Below, piece after piece: positions 21,830-36,400 of a DNA stretch of 64,000 nucleotides. The translations under genes were made by a program, and so were the position numbers. This DNA is from Amphiscolops sp. MND2022. Lineage: Eukaryota. Below the pieces are notes generated by a model, which was given only the letters and a program-made list of their open reading frames with translations, had not been told where the DNA came from and made no database searches. Position 1 is the stretch's first letter. Every line of letters begins with the position of its first letter. The DNA is taken from positions 55,740,001 through 55,804,000 of the forward strand of contig OZ076409.1 in assembly GCA_964187785.1 (NCBI GenBank), written 5' to 3'.

Positions 21830-24800
21830 GAAGCTTGCGACTAGGTCCTTTGCAAATTTAGGAAAACTGAGCGATCCCGGTTTGTCATGATATTGCACAT
21901 AGTTCCACCAGAAGTGTCAAAAGTTGGAAATAGTTTTGACAACGTTCGGGTCAATTTGAGGAACTTTTCTGATATGAATCTACAGGTGTTTCTTCAAAAG
22001 AAAGTCTACTGGACACCGAGTTTAGTTGTTGTTGAGTGTTTTCACCATTCTAACCCACTAAGTAGTTACAAACTTCTTTCTTTGGCAAGTGTACTCCACA
22101 TCTACTGATTTTACTTGGAGGTTTTTGAATATTAAATATTGGATAAATGAGGTCGAAATATACGTTTTCAAGTAAAGTTTTTGAAAGTTGGGCAAATTAA
22201 TTTATCTGATATCTTTTCGAAACGCTACACGTTACAATCTTGAGCCTATGTTATTTCTGAATGAAGTAAAAATTCGAAAAGTGTCCAAAAGTGGGACTAT
22301 GTTGTGGAAAATGAAAAAAGTTCGGAAACTTTGACACCTTTGTGGTAAACTCGATGAACTTCATCCCACTTTCTCCCCAATTGCGTTTTGAAAACGTTTT
22401 TGTTTCAACGCTTAGGTCGTTGGACGTGTTTTGGGTGTTTTTGAAGTCAATTGCAACAGAAAAATGCAGTGCTTCAAAATTGCCTGCTGGAGACACCCGG
22501 TTTAGTCATTGTCGAGTTCTCTAAACCATTCAATGCAAGAAAATAGCTCAGGAATTGTACGGAAAATTGCCTGAAAATGTAAAACAATTTGAAAATTCTC
22601 AGTTTTTCCAACATTTTGGTCATTCTGAGGAAACTTTTGACCATCATTTATATTTTTTATGGAAAACGTGCTTTGGATCTTGTTTCATCACCTGGAGGAT
22701 TTCCAAGCTTATTTTACTGAAATTTTCCAATCTCAACTAAAAATTCAATGAAAATGTCGGAAATCGACAAAAAAAATTCAACAATTTCGACATTTTGCGG
22801 TCAATTTTACCCATTTTTTAACCGAAGTCTGCAAGTATTCCTTTAGAAGCCTACTGGATTATGAGGTTAGTCTTTGTTGAACGTTTGCCAACATTTTGAC
22901 TCCAAACAATTCGAAACGTACACAAGATGCACAAAAACGAAGGTGTTGAATTTTTTCGACTCCTTTGGAGTCATTCTGAAGTGTTTTTGAAGCAAAACGA
23001 TTCAACGTCTGATCAAAAAATGTAATGCAAAGCTCGTTTTTTTGTTGTTGAGTTGATTGTGTTGGAATTTAGAACATTATCTCACGGAGAATGTACAGAA
23101 ATTGCATCAAAAACGACAAAAACTTTTTTGACAGTTCAGGGTCAATTTGAGGCATTTTTCTACGAATTGAACTCAACTTCTGACGAAAGCTCACCAAAAC
23201 AACAAATTTGCTAATACTTTAGGCGTTTCAACATTATAGTCCATGAATTCTATGGAAATTTTGACAAAAAGTGATAAAAATAGTGAAGATTAGAAACTTT
23301 TCGAAATTTTGTCTCTTTCGATGTCAATTCCTGATGTCAAACACCTCGATGTCAAATTCCGCGATGTCAAATTTTAGTTTGAAAAACTGCAATTATCTCT
23401 TTTCTAAGCATACTGGAAACTAAGCATACTTCCAGTTGACGAAGTCTGTCGAAAATTTCGAAAATCTTAAAATCTTTGAAAATGGGAAAATTTTAGAGTT
23501 TTTGTCATTTTCTGAGTCAATTTGAGTTTTTTTCTTTTAGAAAACAGCATTTATCTCTTCGGAAATGCCTACTGGACAACAAATTAGTGCCATGTTGGGC
23601 ATTTCCAATATTCTAATGTACTACATCTATTAATGTACACGAGCTTGAATATGCGGGAGCTACAGAATAACTTCTTTTGGAAGCCGTACTGCAAAGTTTG
23701 TGGTTTCGCTTATCGATCCTATTGAATATTAAAGATTCGACGAAAAAGGTCGAAACAAAAACTTTACGATTACAAGTGGTGTTTTTTGGAACTTTCGCAA
23801 ATGAATTTGTCCTTTTTTTGAAACACTACTGGTAGCTTCACGTTTCAATTCCATGCTTTTGAATTTTCTAGTTAAAGGAAAGCTTTGGAAAGGGTCCAAA
23901 AATGAGCCTTGTTTCGAAAAATTGTTGTCGAAAAATGCAAAAATTGTGTCAAATTAGCTTTTCTTTTCTTTGTTGTCGAATGCGAGGAACTTCATCTCAC
24001 TTTCTTTCCCAAAATATTGTTTTGATACCATATTTTTAAACGTTCAGTCCAATGGAACTTTTAGTCTTTGAAAATAATTGTGAATTGAACGAATCTTTGG
24101 TTTGAAATGTCAAAAAAGTGCATTTCGGTCACTTTTTGCATTTTGAGGTGATTTGAGGCCAATTCTGTTAAGAAATTGCTGTTTTACCTTCCAAAACGCC
24201 CACTGGATCACAACAGATTTAGTCTTTGTTGAGTTTTTCAAACTATTGTATTCTAAAAAAGCTCAAAAATCATCTAGGAGTTTGCAAAAAAGTCAAAAAG
24301 TCCAACGTTTCTACCATAAGTTTCGCTCATTGAGGGAGGTTTCTACCATAAAAATTTCCAATTTCTCTCAAAAAGCGTGCTGCAAACCTAGTTATATCAT
24401 ATGGAGATTTTTGAAGCCTCAATTTTAACACAAATGCTACAAATCACAAACAAAAATTCACAAATTAACTTGAAAATCTGAAAAATATTCATTTTTGGAG
24501 GTCAGTTAGAGGCGTTTTCTGACAGAAGTCTGCATATATGTCGTCAAAAAAAGCTACTAGATTACAAGTTCAATTGTCGTCAAAAAAATTAACATTTTGT
24601 GCAAAAAATTCAATAAGTTCACATAAATGGCATGAAAACGTGAAGGTGATGAAATTCTGGACTCATTTGGAGTCATTCTGAAGTGTTTCGATACAACGCG
24701 CTCCAACGTTTTGTTCGAAAACGCGTACTTCATAGCTAGTTCTGTCATCTTTTGTACGAACATTTTTTGAACGAACATTTTGGACCTTCCAACCCATAGA
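21830..24800. repeat. Highly diverged ~170-180 bp tandem array, same family as 13500-15250; boundaries approximate
   Basis: GGGTCAATTTGAGG/GGAGTCATTCTGAAG cores at ~21948, 22430, 22617, 22798, 22967, 23139, 23513, 24498 and 24668. Confidence 0.5.
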
Positions 24801-25137
24801 ATCTCTTGAAGGTGGTTCGGAATTAGCTTGAAAAATGACTAAGAGGAAACTTTTGGACTTTAACTTGCGAAGTGTCTTAGAACTGCTATTAACCAATGTC
24901 GCTGTCAAATAACCTAATTAATTTCTTAACTGATTAGAAGTATCCATGAGTCTGAGAGAGGTAACTGGAAAACGAAGTGAGCAGTATGTCATGAACGTTT
25001 TTCCGGTAATATCGTAGATAACAAGGAAGTCTTCCGCTTGCTTAGAAAGTGAGGTGCTCAATTGTGCTGCTGATAATAGAAATTATATGGTAGGTCGCAA
25101 ACACAAAGAGCACTCTTCCCCATTTTGCGTCATTTTT

Positions 25138-25753
25138 AGTCGGCGCTTCATGAAGTGAAACGCGACTATTATAGTGGCTGTCTTTTTTTTCAATCCACAC
25201 GAACTGACCAAAATAGTTCTTAAAAGTTCTACAAAATATTATTGCACCAAATTGCACTATTTGGTCTAGCGAACTGAATTAAAGTTTTTCCTGTTTTCCC
25301 GCGTAACATACCGCACCCGGCGAGACCAAAGGGTCCCCTTTCCAATTTTTTTTTCGGCACTGCGACTTTATTTCCGGCAATTTTTTGTTGGAAAATGTTG
25401 GAAAATCCCAAAGGGTCCCCCCTTTCAGTTTTTTTCGGCACAGTGAGATTTTTTTCCAAAAATAGAAATTTTTCCCCCTTCAATTTTTTGATGTTTTGCG
25501 ACAAAACCCCTTCAACTGCGACAAAAATGTTGACAATTTCGGAAGTGTCCTCCTTTCAGTGCGCCAGGGGCTCGCGCTAGCGCGCCCCGGCGCGCCACTC
25601 GGTCCATTTTTTTGAGTATGTAATTTTTTCGAATTTTTTTCGTAAAATTTTCGATTTTCGAGCACTGTAAAAGAGAATACTTGACACTTGGAAGTCTTTT
25701 TGCTATTTTTGAGCCTTGGATATGGCACCGATTTGGGCCGGTCCCGGCTTGTT
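25138..25753 (+). mobile_element. Helentron-like (HINE/DINE-type) non-autonomous element, family A
   Basis: Starts in a T-run with AGTCGGCGC. Ends with the subterminal inverted repeat GGC(A/G)CCGA(T/C)T, a GCCG-N4-CGGC hairpin and TTGTT. Several copies occur in the window. Confidence 0.6.
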
Positions 25754-28700
25754 GGATTATATCATGGATATGTTTGTTCCCTATATTTCAAATGCATGAT
25801 AATCAGGTAAAATTATCTGTTTCTGCTTCTAAAATAATTAAATTGGACCTCTTCAGGTTCGATTGTGAAATTTTTCCATCAAACGAAACTTTTCCTTTAT
25901 TTAACATTTCAGAACCAGAAAACCTTGCCTTTTGTATACAATTTGCCCACGAAGTTCTGATAATGATAAAAACGAGATTTTCCGGATAATGTAAGCAAGC
26001 AATCTTACTTCTATGCTAATTGTTCCACCGTCCGTACTAGCGTCCTCTATTGGATCAAGAGCATGAACGGCTCAACTGCAAAAGTCGTCAAGGTCATTTC
26101 AACATTCTCTGTAACTGAAATTCATTTTAGATCAGATTACACACAATTCTTAGTGCTGATGAACAATTTTTGGGGGCTCATTGAACTTTTTTGAGTAGAA
26201 GAGAAATCGAATGATCTCCGAAAAGGTTTCGAAGTTTTCATGACTAAGCGTGTCAAGTGTAAATTCAAGAAAAATCATCCTCAGAAGCTAAAGCAATTAT
26301 TTTGAAATTTCGTTGGAAATTAGAATTGAGAAGGTGAATCCCAAAAAAAATTGTCAGACACATGAAAAGAATAAGCATCAATCTAATTAGACACCAATGG
26401 GATCTTTTTCCAAAAGATGTATCAATCCATCTGTAGGAAAAAGATATCAATGGTCTACTATAAAGATAAATAAAAAAACATGCAGTTTGACAGTTCAAGT
26501 CAGAAATTAAGTTTGTCATTTTGATGATGATGAACAACAATCAATTGTCAGCTATTATAGCAAGTGAAAAATTGATCCAGCTATTATTATTATTATTGAA
26601 AGATACTTCAATTTTTAATGGAGCTTTTCAAAATAGCCGCATCGTTAATTTGCCAAAAAAGTAGCATCGAACTATCAATCGTTTGGTGAAATTCCATTTT
26701 CTTTCAACATCCAATCAGGAACCCTTACACTTCGCAATTTTGGCAACCGTTTGAAGCTTTGATTGAAGTGTTTGCTGGGTATAGAAGAAATTATAAAGGT
26801 TTTTAGTCATCTACAGTTATCTTTTGAAAAATGCAAATCCAGCTATGGTCGATCTGCAGTAAATTTCACAAGCTGCAATACAACGTGCAGGCTGATTTTT
26901 TTAAAAAATCAGACAACCTCTTTCGCAGAAGTTTGAACTCACAAAAAAACTTTCACGGCTGAAAAAATCAGTCCATCATAAAACTCCGAAGTTCTAAAAC
27001 AATGACCACTCTAGAAACTGCAGGGAAGTTGTTCTCATTCATAATTTTCCTGCAACAAAGGATTGCCGGTAGAAAAAAAGACTTGAGCAAAAGAGTTCGG
27101 TTTCAAGTTTTAAATTTTATAAAAAATGAAATCTTTATGAATTCCAGTACAAAAAGTATGTTTTATACGTAGTTTACTTGGATGTTACAAAAACTGTGAT
27201 GATACACCCTTATATAGCTCAAAAAGATCGACGTTTGTAATTAAAGGAGAACTTTTAAAGCAATTATTAGAGAAAACAATTGATGGAACACTTCAAGTGT
27301 TTGCAGATGTTTCGTAAAGGCCACTTCCTTTGTAATCAAGTTGCACTGTCCTCACCATTCATTATCATGCCTTTGTTCTAAAATTGAAAACAGTTCAAAC
27401 TGTAAAAGCAGCTCCCATTTTTGAATTGGGGTAAATTGAAATGAAAATTGAACGAATTTGAACAGGACGTTTTAAACAAACGAAGGACAGCTAATAAATA
27501 CGGAAACAATAGAGGCAAATAGGGTCTAAACATTTGACTAAGGACTTCAGAAAAGCATTTCACGTCATAATAGCGTTAAAGCCAATTTTTGAGGCACTGT
27601 GCGATTGGACAACAGTTCAACTGGTCAACTGTGCAGTTAACCAACACGATCGAATGTCTTTCTTGGGATTTTTTTGCAATATGCGAAAATTTTTGGCTCG
27701 TTTTTTTCTAAGGACAGCTTTGACTAAGAACCCCAGAAAAAAAACACAATTTCGATTCAAAACTAAAGTACAAGCGGGTACTGAAAACACATGGGACTCT
27801 TGGGAAAATTTCAAAGCGCGAAAAGGCATTGTGCACGCATATGTAAACATATATGTATCAGTTATTCATCAGAATTAACATGGTATTTTGTTTGGGAACC
27901 CAACGGAAGTTAGGAAAGTGAAATTTGACCTTTTCGAATTCTCTCGTTCTATATTTCAATAACCACTGGTCTTATCAAAAAATTCCAGGTGTCAACTTTC
28001 TATCCTTGACCTTGTTCTATAGACTATATGGCTTCAATTTTATTATTATCTTTAAAACCATTTTCTTCAAAAAATCACGTTAGAAAATGGTAACACATTC
28101 ACACGTTACTTCCAACTTCCCTCGGTGAATGCTTTGGAATCAATACTGTTTGGTGTTGTCATATTTCAAAGGAATGTGTTTCGGCAACAATGTCAGAATT
28201 AAAAGCTGGAGAAAGAGCGTTTTTCTTGACGACCAGTGGTTTTCAGAAATATTGCTCAAAAAAGTAGGGAATCTTCCTAACAGAAACTACCTTTCTAACT
28301 CTGATTAAAAATGGAGACAATTTTGATGCCGAGTTTTGGTCAAATACAAATCCTAAGAAAATTCAACAAGAAACGTTTTCGCTTGCGATATTGACTGCAC
28401 TAATTGACTGCATGATTGTGGTTCTGACTGCGAATCTTGACACGCATCTGACCTATGAGGTGTCTGTTGCGAGGCTCTCTATAGCCCAATTTGCTTCGCT
28501 AGGGAAATATAAATATCCGGTAAATTTTGAGTGTTTTTCGAACATTTTCTAAGAAAACTCTGGAACGTTTTGTTTATGTCATCTAACTTCGTTCCTTTGC
28601 AAATATACGTGCAAGTAGTCAACAGAGGAATCCCTTGGTGTACACAAAAAGTTGGCACACAACCTATTTTGAGAAAAGCTGTCTTTTAAATAGCAACGTC

Positions 28701-28907
28701 CAACAAAACTCTAGTGTTGAGTTGAGAGGTTTAACCCTTATGTAATTATCGAACCGCAAATGTGGTGAAATACGTATGAATAGTTGAAAACATTGTTTTG
28801 TCAATATTTCTGAAGCCTTTGATGAACAGCTTTATAATCAGGTTTTTAGAACAACTACTTGCTAGCGAAACAACCACGATGTTTGTGCATTCACGAGCAA
28901 GTGTTTT

Positions 28908-29679
28908 AGGTGGGCGCATTTTGACAAAATGAGCGCGACTGTTACAGTGGCAAGTTTTTTTCGTCACATAACAGAATGTATGCGTAGTGGATACTTTTTA
29001 CAAAAACTACTAAACTACTGGACCGGCCAGCGGAAACGCATCTAAGTTAGTGCAAAGGGTTTGTATTACATTTTCATGTATTACATTTTAAACGTAATAT
29101 TAAAAAACCGGACGAGACTAAAGAGTCCCCCTTTTTGATTCATCCGGCACTGTAAGACTTTTTTGAAAATTTTTATGTCTCTAAAGGTTCCCCATTAAAT
29201 TTTTTCATTTTCTTCGACAAATTGGATGCTAAAAAAATTAAAATGGTCCCTCCTTCTACATTTTTCGGCACTATGAGACTTTCAAAATTCTCATTTTTTG
29301 TCTGAAAATAGGTTTCCTCAATTTATATCTACGAATGGTTTTTTGATACTATCGGAATCTTTGATGTTATATCCTAAGTAAGATGCGTTCTACTGAAGAA
29401 GTGGTCCAGGGTCGAAAATATTGCGCTATATCCGAGTTTTTGACGCTAAACATGAACTGTATTGCGTTTTATCAAGGAGGAGACCGAGGTTCAAAAAACG
29501 TTTCCATGAGCACGCTAAATCCCAACTTTTAAAGCGGCTTCCGATCACGAAAGGCACCCTTTGGCTGTTTCGACACGTTTTGTAATTTTTTCATCTGAAA
29601 AAGTTCTGAGCATATTTTCAAAACTTTGCGCTTTCTGAGCCTTAAGTACAGCGCCGATTTTAGACGTTCCAGTCTTGTT
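28908..29679 (+). mobile_element. Diverged family A copy
   Basis: GCGCGACTGTTACAGTGGC near the start, TTTTCGGCACT blocks, and an end reading GAGCCTTAAGTACAGCGCCGATTTTAGACGTTCCAGTCTTGTT. Confidence 0.5.
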
Positions 29680-29934
29680 TTTTAATTGAAGATTCAAAAC
29701 TGGAAACACATTTTCTTCATAATTTTTCAATGTTCGGGAAAAAACATCCATCAGCTTTTCCATTGTAACTTTTTACGATTGAAAACACCTACTGTGCGTT
29801 TTTTGTTCATTTTGATGACGTTAGTTGCATATTTGAGTTGTAAGGTCAAAGATACGAATTATATGCATACGTGTTATAGCGCTTCCCTCACCAGAAACAC
29901 GAATAAGGCTTTTTTCACAACCAAAACTTGAACG

Positions 29935-30235
29935 GAAGAAGAAAGTTAATTTTCCCCAATATCACGCGGTGGACGCCGAATAAAAACTTCTGCCTTTTCA
30001 AGTTGGCGCCTTTCCGGATACTATCTCGACATAGCAAGTTCAACATCACAAGGTCTGACTGCTCACCGTGGATATTTTTATTTTACTTTTCTCCCCAAAT
30101 TCGTCATTTTTTGTCAATAACCACACCACTCAGCTAGGAATGAAAGACTTGCTTGAGGCCCAGCAATAATGAGTTGAGGGAGGTTTGAACCGCCCTAATA
30201 CAGGCCGAATGCTTCAATTACTACCCCATGCATCC
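29935..30235 (-). mobile_element. tRNA-derived SINE, uninterrupted copy
   Basis: The minus strand reads GCATGGGGTAGTAATTGAAGCATTCGGCCTGTA..GGTTCAAACC (A/B-box head), a body matching 33134-33286 and 38750 onward, and a 3' stem-loop tail matching 38851-38946 and 48485-48590. Confidence 0.65.
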
Positions 30236-31987
30236 CTGATTCAAAAATCATTTCTCGTCCTCCATCTATGTTAGGTGCATAAAAAAGAGAATTTTCCCAA
30301 TTCCGCTGCTTTTCCCAGTGCTGCTTTTCTAATTCAGCGTCCTTCTGGGATGCGATTTCGCCATACCAAGCAATCTTACCATATTTGCAGCCAAATGGTC
30401 AAACAATGATCGGTTTGAAGCTGTGGTTTCAAATAGACGTGCTGAAGGTCACGGATTTATATAATCTATAATCTATAATCTATAATCTAATCATCTTTGA
30501 AGGAAATTCCGCGATCATCTTTATTCTCTGGTTACACATGTTGTCGTTCAAAATGATATCTTTCACAACATGCAATGAAGTACTACAACTATTGTTCGAT
30601 ATTTTGATGAAGTAAACTATTATTTGGCTCAGTTTTTTAGACAAATTCTCGCATAGAAAAAGTCTCTTTGTATGTATCAGCCGAAGAGAAGAGAAGTGAA
30701 GTAAAACCTGAACCGTTTGCAACAGAAACTATTGCGTTTTTTGGTTGTTTAATTTTCTCAAAGTGACGATCAGCGCTGAGAATAAGACAGTAAACTATCG
30801 AAAACAAAACTATTTATGCTCGCTGAGCGCTGCGATAATTTCTGCCCGGAACTATTTTAGCAACAACAAATAAACGTATGCCAACAAGTACGTTCGTAAG
30901 CTGCAACTTGCTGAACTGGCCTTTTTCAATGAGACTCTATGAAAAATATGCTAAGCAGCTTTTTTTCTTGAACTGTGCGGGAAGTCATAATCACAAACAT
31001 CTAACAGAAATTGTACAAAACTTGCATAAGTTAGTCTAAAAATGTAAATTGTGTTTTTTTAGGTGCTTCAAAGCGGTTTTGAATACAACTACGAGTTTCA
31101 CCATTAAAAAGTATCATGAGTTACCAAATGTTGCGTTGTTGACGTCCGTGTATACTCATACCAGCAAAACATCCGAAACTTGTACATCAATTGCATAAAA
31201 CACTCAAAAAACGACAATAAAAAATATGTTTTTCAAAGTTAACCACTTTCTGGGATCTCCCTATGGCAAAGTGTAATGCCAAATCTGCAGCTAAATGGGC
31301 AAACGGTCATCTGCTTGAGGCTGTGGTTTCCGAAAGCTGAAGTTTTTCGAAGGGTGACTGCTCGCTAATGCTGAATTTAATTTTGTTTTCTTTCAATCCA
31401 TTTCACTCTTGTTTTTTCCAGAAAAAAATTAAACAGAAGTATATTAAGTAGCTATAGGTTTCGCAGTATCATTATATCCTCGGAAACATCCGAAATTTTG
31501 CAAAAAGGCATGCAACTACCAAAAGACGGAGTTTTAGCTCTTTTCCGTTTACTTTCAGGATTTTTTCAAACAAGCAATTTTTAAATATTCAATTTTTAAA
31601 CTCTCCGGATTGTATTGTTTTTTTTCCAAAAATAAATGAAAATTGTACCACTGTTGTTAGAATTCTTCGAGAATAAAAAATTCATTTTGGCTGTGTTTTT
31701 TGGGAAAAAACTCAATATCCAATTACAAAATTATGCTAAGTAGTCAATTTTTACGGATACGTATGTATGGTCACAGTAACAGAAGAAAAGGGTTACAAGA
31801 TGCCCGCTGAACAGCAGGATATTATCCGTTCAAACTGACGGCGGTTCAGCAATGAGGTATTTTTGAAGCTCAAGAGTATTGCACAATGAAAATGCATACA
31901 AGTTTGATGAGAAAGATTTGACACTTTTTGATTATTATCGTCCCATTTCAGAGGGAAACACTTCCAGAACACACTGAACACCTTTTT

Positions 31988-32573
31988 ATTCGGCGTTTTC
32001 GAAGGAAATGCACGACTCTTACAGTGGCTAGTTTTGTTTTCGTCAGTTCAATGCGATCTACTTTTTCTGTTCATTCAGACTTTCTCTGTTCAGACTTTCA
32101 GAAGCTTCAGACTTTCAGAAAGAGAACGTAGGGTTCGAGTCTCGCACTAAAGTTTTTTGCTTCCAAAAGTAGAGGGTAGACCAAAGTCCCCCGTTTGGGT
32201 TATTTTCGGAACTATGCGACTGTTTTCCGAAAATGTTTTGAATTCTCTCAAAGGGTACCCCCTTGATTTTTTTGCAGTTGTCGGTTTGTAAAAAACGTTT
32301 AATGAGCCTAAAGGGTCTATTTTTGGATTTTTCGGCATTGTGCTACTTTTTTACCAAATACCTTTTGAAAACTTTTAATTTTCTCAAAGACAAATTAGGA
32401 TTTTCTGATGTTTCCAGTGCAGAAAAAAAAACTGTTCTAGAGTTTCGGGGAAAACCCTTTCGGGATTTTTTGGCACTGTGTGATAAATGAAAAATTTCAC
32501 AATAGGCTGTGTTTTTCCTTGAATATTATTGAGCCTTAGATATAACGCCGACTTGGGCCGTTCCCGGGTTGTT
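31988..32573 (+). mobile_element. Family A Helentron-like copy
   Basis: TTTATTCGGCG start and GAGCCTTAGATATAACGCCGACTTGGGCCGTTCCCGGGTTGTT end. Confidence 0.55.
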
Positions 32574-33130
32574 GTTTTTTGTCGGCCTGTGTGAATACCA
32601 AAACCTAACCAATCAATTTTTTATAACTTTGCACGAAAAGTCACCAGAAACATCAAATTTGGAACATTTTGAGTTTTCTACAACTTTGCAGTAGTTTGAG
32701 CCACTTTTCTAATAAACTGCAGATGTCTTTTCAAAAACGTCTATTGTATACCGGGTCTAGTCGTTGTTGAATTACGAAAATATTCGAAAGGTTTACAAAA
32801 AAAAATTATAATTATTTCATGAACAAAAAATTTTGGACTTTGTGCTTATTTTAAGTCGTTCTGACAAATTTTTTACATACAAAATTGGAACGTGGCGAAG
32901 TTAGGAAAGAAACGCAGTTCAGTAATTTTACCTCCCCAAAACAGCACGAAAGAATGCAAAACTGTCAAAAAGTAACAACAATTATTAAACTGCAGGTTCA
33001 TTCGTGTTTTATGAAATTCGTTCGGTTGAAAAAATTACAAGCCATCTGCTGCGGCAGGTACTTTCGTAGTAATCAGCAATCCTGCATAATATCTGCTAAT
33101 GGTAATTTACAATACTACCTCACCACTATG

Positions 33131-33286
33131 GGAGCATGGGTTAGTGGTTAGAGCATTCAGCCTGTACGAGGGCAGTTTCAGGTTCGAATCTCTTTCAACT
33201 CGCCAATACTGGCCATTGAGCAAGCCTAGCTTAGTGGTTTGGTCAATGACAAAAAAATGAATTTGGAGAAAAGCAAAATAAAAAAG
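33131..33286 (+). mobile_element. tRNA-derived SINE, 5' part; interrupted by the gypsy element and continuing at 38734-38950
   Basis: A-box-like TAGTGGTTAGAGC and B-box GGTTCGAATC; colinear with the 29935-30235 copy. Confidence 0.65.
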
Positions 33287-33482
33287 GGTGGTATAGCCTA
33301 CGTACTTAGAAGGCTAGACAGAAGACAAGAATGTACCTGCCTAGAACAATGACCTGAAACATTTTCATCAGGTTGTGTGCTACCAGAGATTTCAGTTAGA
33401 TACTCTGATGTTACTGATTGATTTTACTGATTCTTAATCTGAAGAACTCTTAGAAACTTTCACTTTCTATTAGTATGTTACA
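33287..33482 (+). repeat. 5' LTR of the decayed gypsy element
   Basis: Direct repeat of 38541-38733 (GTGGTATAGCC...TTAGTAT..TACA), visibly diverged. Confidence 0.85.
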
Positions 33483-36400
33483 TGGCGCAATCAGCATAAA
33501 GAACAAGAAGACATGGATTCTGCGATTGAACCCAATGTATCCGATCAGACGGCTACAAATCATACTACAGTCATTGAGAGAATGGAGAAAAACAAATACA
33601 AAATACCGATCTTCTCGGACAGAGAAACGGATTTGACAAAACCAAACCCGAGGATCGGTGGGAGCAAATCTCAGTGTACATCGATCTCACATACCAGAAA
33701 AACTCAGATGAACTGATGGAACTTGGAACAGTCTTTCCGGACGCACTCACAACACACCATACCAAGGGTGATATTATTTGAGCATTGGGCCCAAAGGAGA
33801 AACACGAAGTAAAGAGGGGCCAATGTGGAAAGGAATCGAAGGACTTCAGTTTGCAGGAACTGTTAAAATTACTCAAGAAGACATTCCTACCCACAAGAAA
33901 CGAATTTCACAGCAGATCTCAGTTTTTCAATATCATAGAAAAGATAAGGAGTCGTTAGACGAGTAGTGAAAAAGATTTGTGGATTTTGAAAGGAAATGCA
34001 AATTCAATAGAATCACACCCGAAAAAATTATCGCTTACGAATTTGCAGCAACCATAAATGACACTTGACAATATCATCAACGGACCATTAAAGCTACAAG
34101 TGGTACTTGAAACTATCGAAGTAGGCAACTACAATCGTAAATACGGAGATAAAGAGTCGAAACAAAAGAAACCGAAAAGACCGTCGTCAGACAGTTCATT
34201 AGACGGGGAACAAATCGCTTACACCAAGCAGGCATGGAAAAAAAGATGACACCGACAAGAGGAAACAATCACGCCGAAGTTGTCTCACTGCGGGAAATCA
34301 AACTGGACACTCAATGCCTGGCAAGAAAGTCTCAATGCAACAATTGCAAGAGAATGGGACACTTTGCCAAAGTTTGCCGATCCAAGACTGTCAATCATTC
34401 ATGGGAAGGAGATGAAACGGGTAGTAGCACCGAAGCATGGCCAGAAATAGATCAGATTAAATCCGTCAACGTTGTGAATCGAGTAGATTTTTTTAAAGCA
34501 ACCTTATTGGTCGAGGGAGAGCCAAAAGAATTCAATATCAATACAGGCTCTCGAATAATAATAATCCCACAAGTAATTATTCCGAAGGACCTGAAAGAGA
34601 CCGCTAAATGTTTCGTGGATGTGAACCGAAAAAAGCAAGGCGATATTGCCAATACTTATTACAGAATACAAAAACACACAACCATTGTTGGGACTAAAAA
34701 TGTTAGACAAACTGGAAATTGGGCTGCAAGGAAGCAAAAATACGAACATCAACCGACATTTAAGTGTTGATGAAAGACACGAGACAATTCTTTCCGACTA
34801 CGAAAACTTGTTCAAAAGAAGCACACAATAGAAGACCTGACAGTAGATTGCCAGTTGAAAAAAGAAGCAAAGTCAATATAACAAAAATGTAGACCGGTCT
34901 TTATCCATTCTAAGAATATTGTGCGGCAAGAGATGGAGAAACTAATTGAGAAGGGGCATTTGGAAAAAGCGGACAGGACAACCGAAAACTGCTTTGTATC
35001 TCCCACTGTAATAACTCTAAAGAAGGATAAATCGGTTGAGTTAGCGTTGGACTCGCGACGACTGAATGAAGCCTGCATCAAAAGGAAACCGCCAATGACA
35101 ATTATGGAAGAACTAATCAGCGAAGTCTCGACAAAAATAACGAAGAATGAAGGCGAAATATGGATGTCAAAAAATGACTTGGACTACGCATATGGACAGG
35201 CGAATCTGTCGAGAAGCCTCAAAACATTGTGTGTTTTCTAAAAATATGGGGGTGAATTCATCGGTCACTCCTGGTTCAAAAAGGGTTTTTATGGATTGTC
35301 GGACACTCCCACCGTATTCCAGGAACACTTCGACAAAGTGTTGGAATTTAAAACACAAGTCTGGCAGGATGATATCATATGTGTGACTAACAAGGCTATT
35401 GAAGACCATAAACGGGAACTGTGGAGTATCTTATCCAAGTTACAAGACCTCGGCTACAGAGCAAGCGAAAAAACGGAATTATTCAAAAGTGAACTGACAT
35501 GGTTTGATTGCTGGTTTGATCGAAACGAGGTAAAACCGATAACAGACAAAACAGGCAAGTCATTACAATATTGAAAGCCCCTAAAAGCACAAAGGAATTA
35601 AAATCGTTCTTGGCATGAATTCAACATTTGTCAAATGTTCCTAAATAATCTTTCCACAGAAGACTGACACAATAAGAAGATTGCTGAAGAAAGGCGTTAA
35701 TATGGAATGGACGCCAGAAATAAACAGAGACTTCGAGCTACTAAAGAAAGAGTTCACCGAAGCACCGTGTCTGACCCAAAGAAAGACAATTACGTAACGA
35801 CAGATGCTGGCGACACGGGATTGGGTGTAACACTATGGCAAAAAAAACAGATATTCAGCCCCATAGATTTGCCAGCAGACTTTTCACAGATTGTGAAAAA
35901 CACGTCATAAACCAATTAGAACTGCTGGGAGCGTTGTTGGGCCTTGAACATTTTAGATGTTACGTTTACAGGGAAACAGTTAATTTATTAAGTGATCACC
36001 ATGCAATTCAACTTTTACTTAAACGTAATAGGGCAAATAACCAGTAGTGCGCAAAAAAACGCGTTGTGTAAATTGTTTAAGCCATTTTGACGTAAACGAA
36101 CAGTACACGGCCGAAAAGAACGTACCACTGACGGACTATTTATGCAAAGTAGAACGTAAAACCGACGAACAACATGAGATGGAAGCCAAAAAGGAGTTCG
36201 TAATTAATCGAATATACGGTCTGTGTATTTTAGTTGGGGAACGGAAGGATCACCCAGTATATCGAACAATCGGCGTCGTCACGAAAAATGGACCAATCAC
36301 AGCACGGCATGCACACGCATGAACACAACCAAACAAATCATTCGCTCGAAACAATTACTCCATCAAGCAGTGTTAATTCGATTAAAGCAAACAAATTACC

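Noticed and set aside
25760..26560. Possible decayed hAT transposase on the minus strand
   Set aside because: Only a faint resemblance (LNSNFQRNFK) to the dimerisation motif; not supportable without a search.
30461..30489. (ATAATCT)n short tandem repeat
   Set aside because: Ordinary microsatellite of about 4 units, not telomeric.
33131..33204. Functional tRNA gene (GTA anticodon-like)
   Set aside because: Acceptor and anticodon stems do not pair well and the sequence continues into a repeated SINE body.
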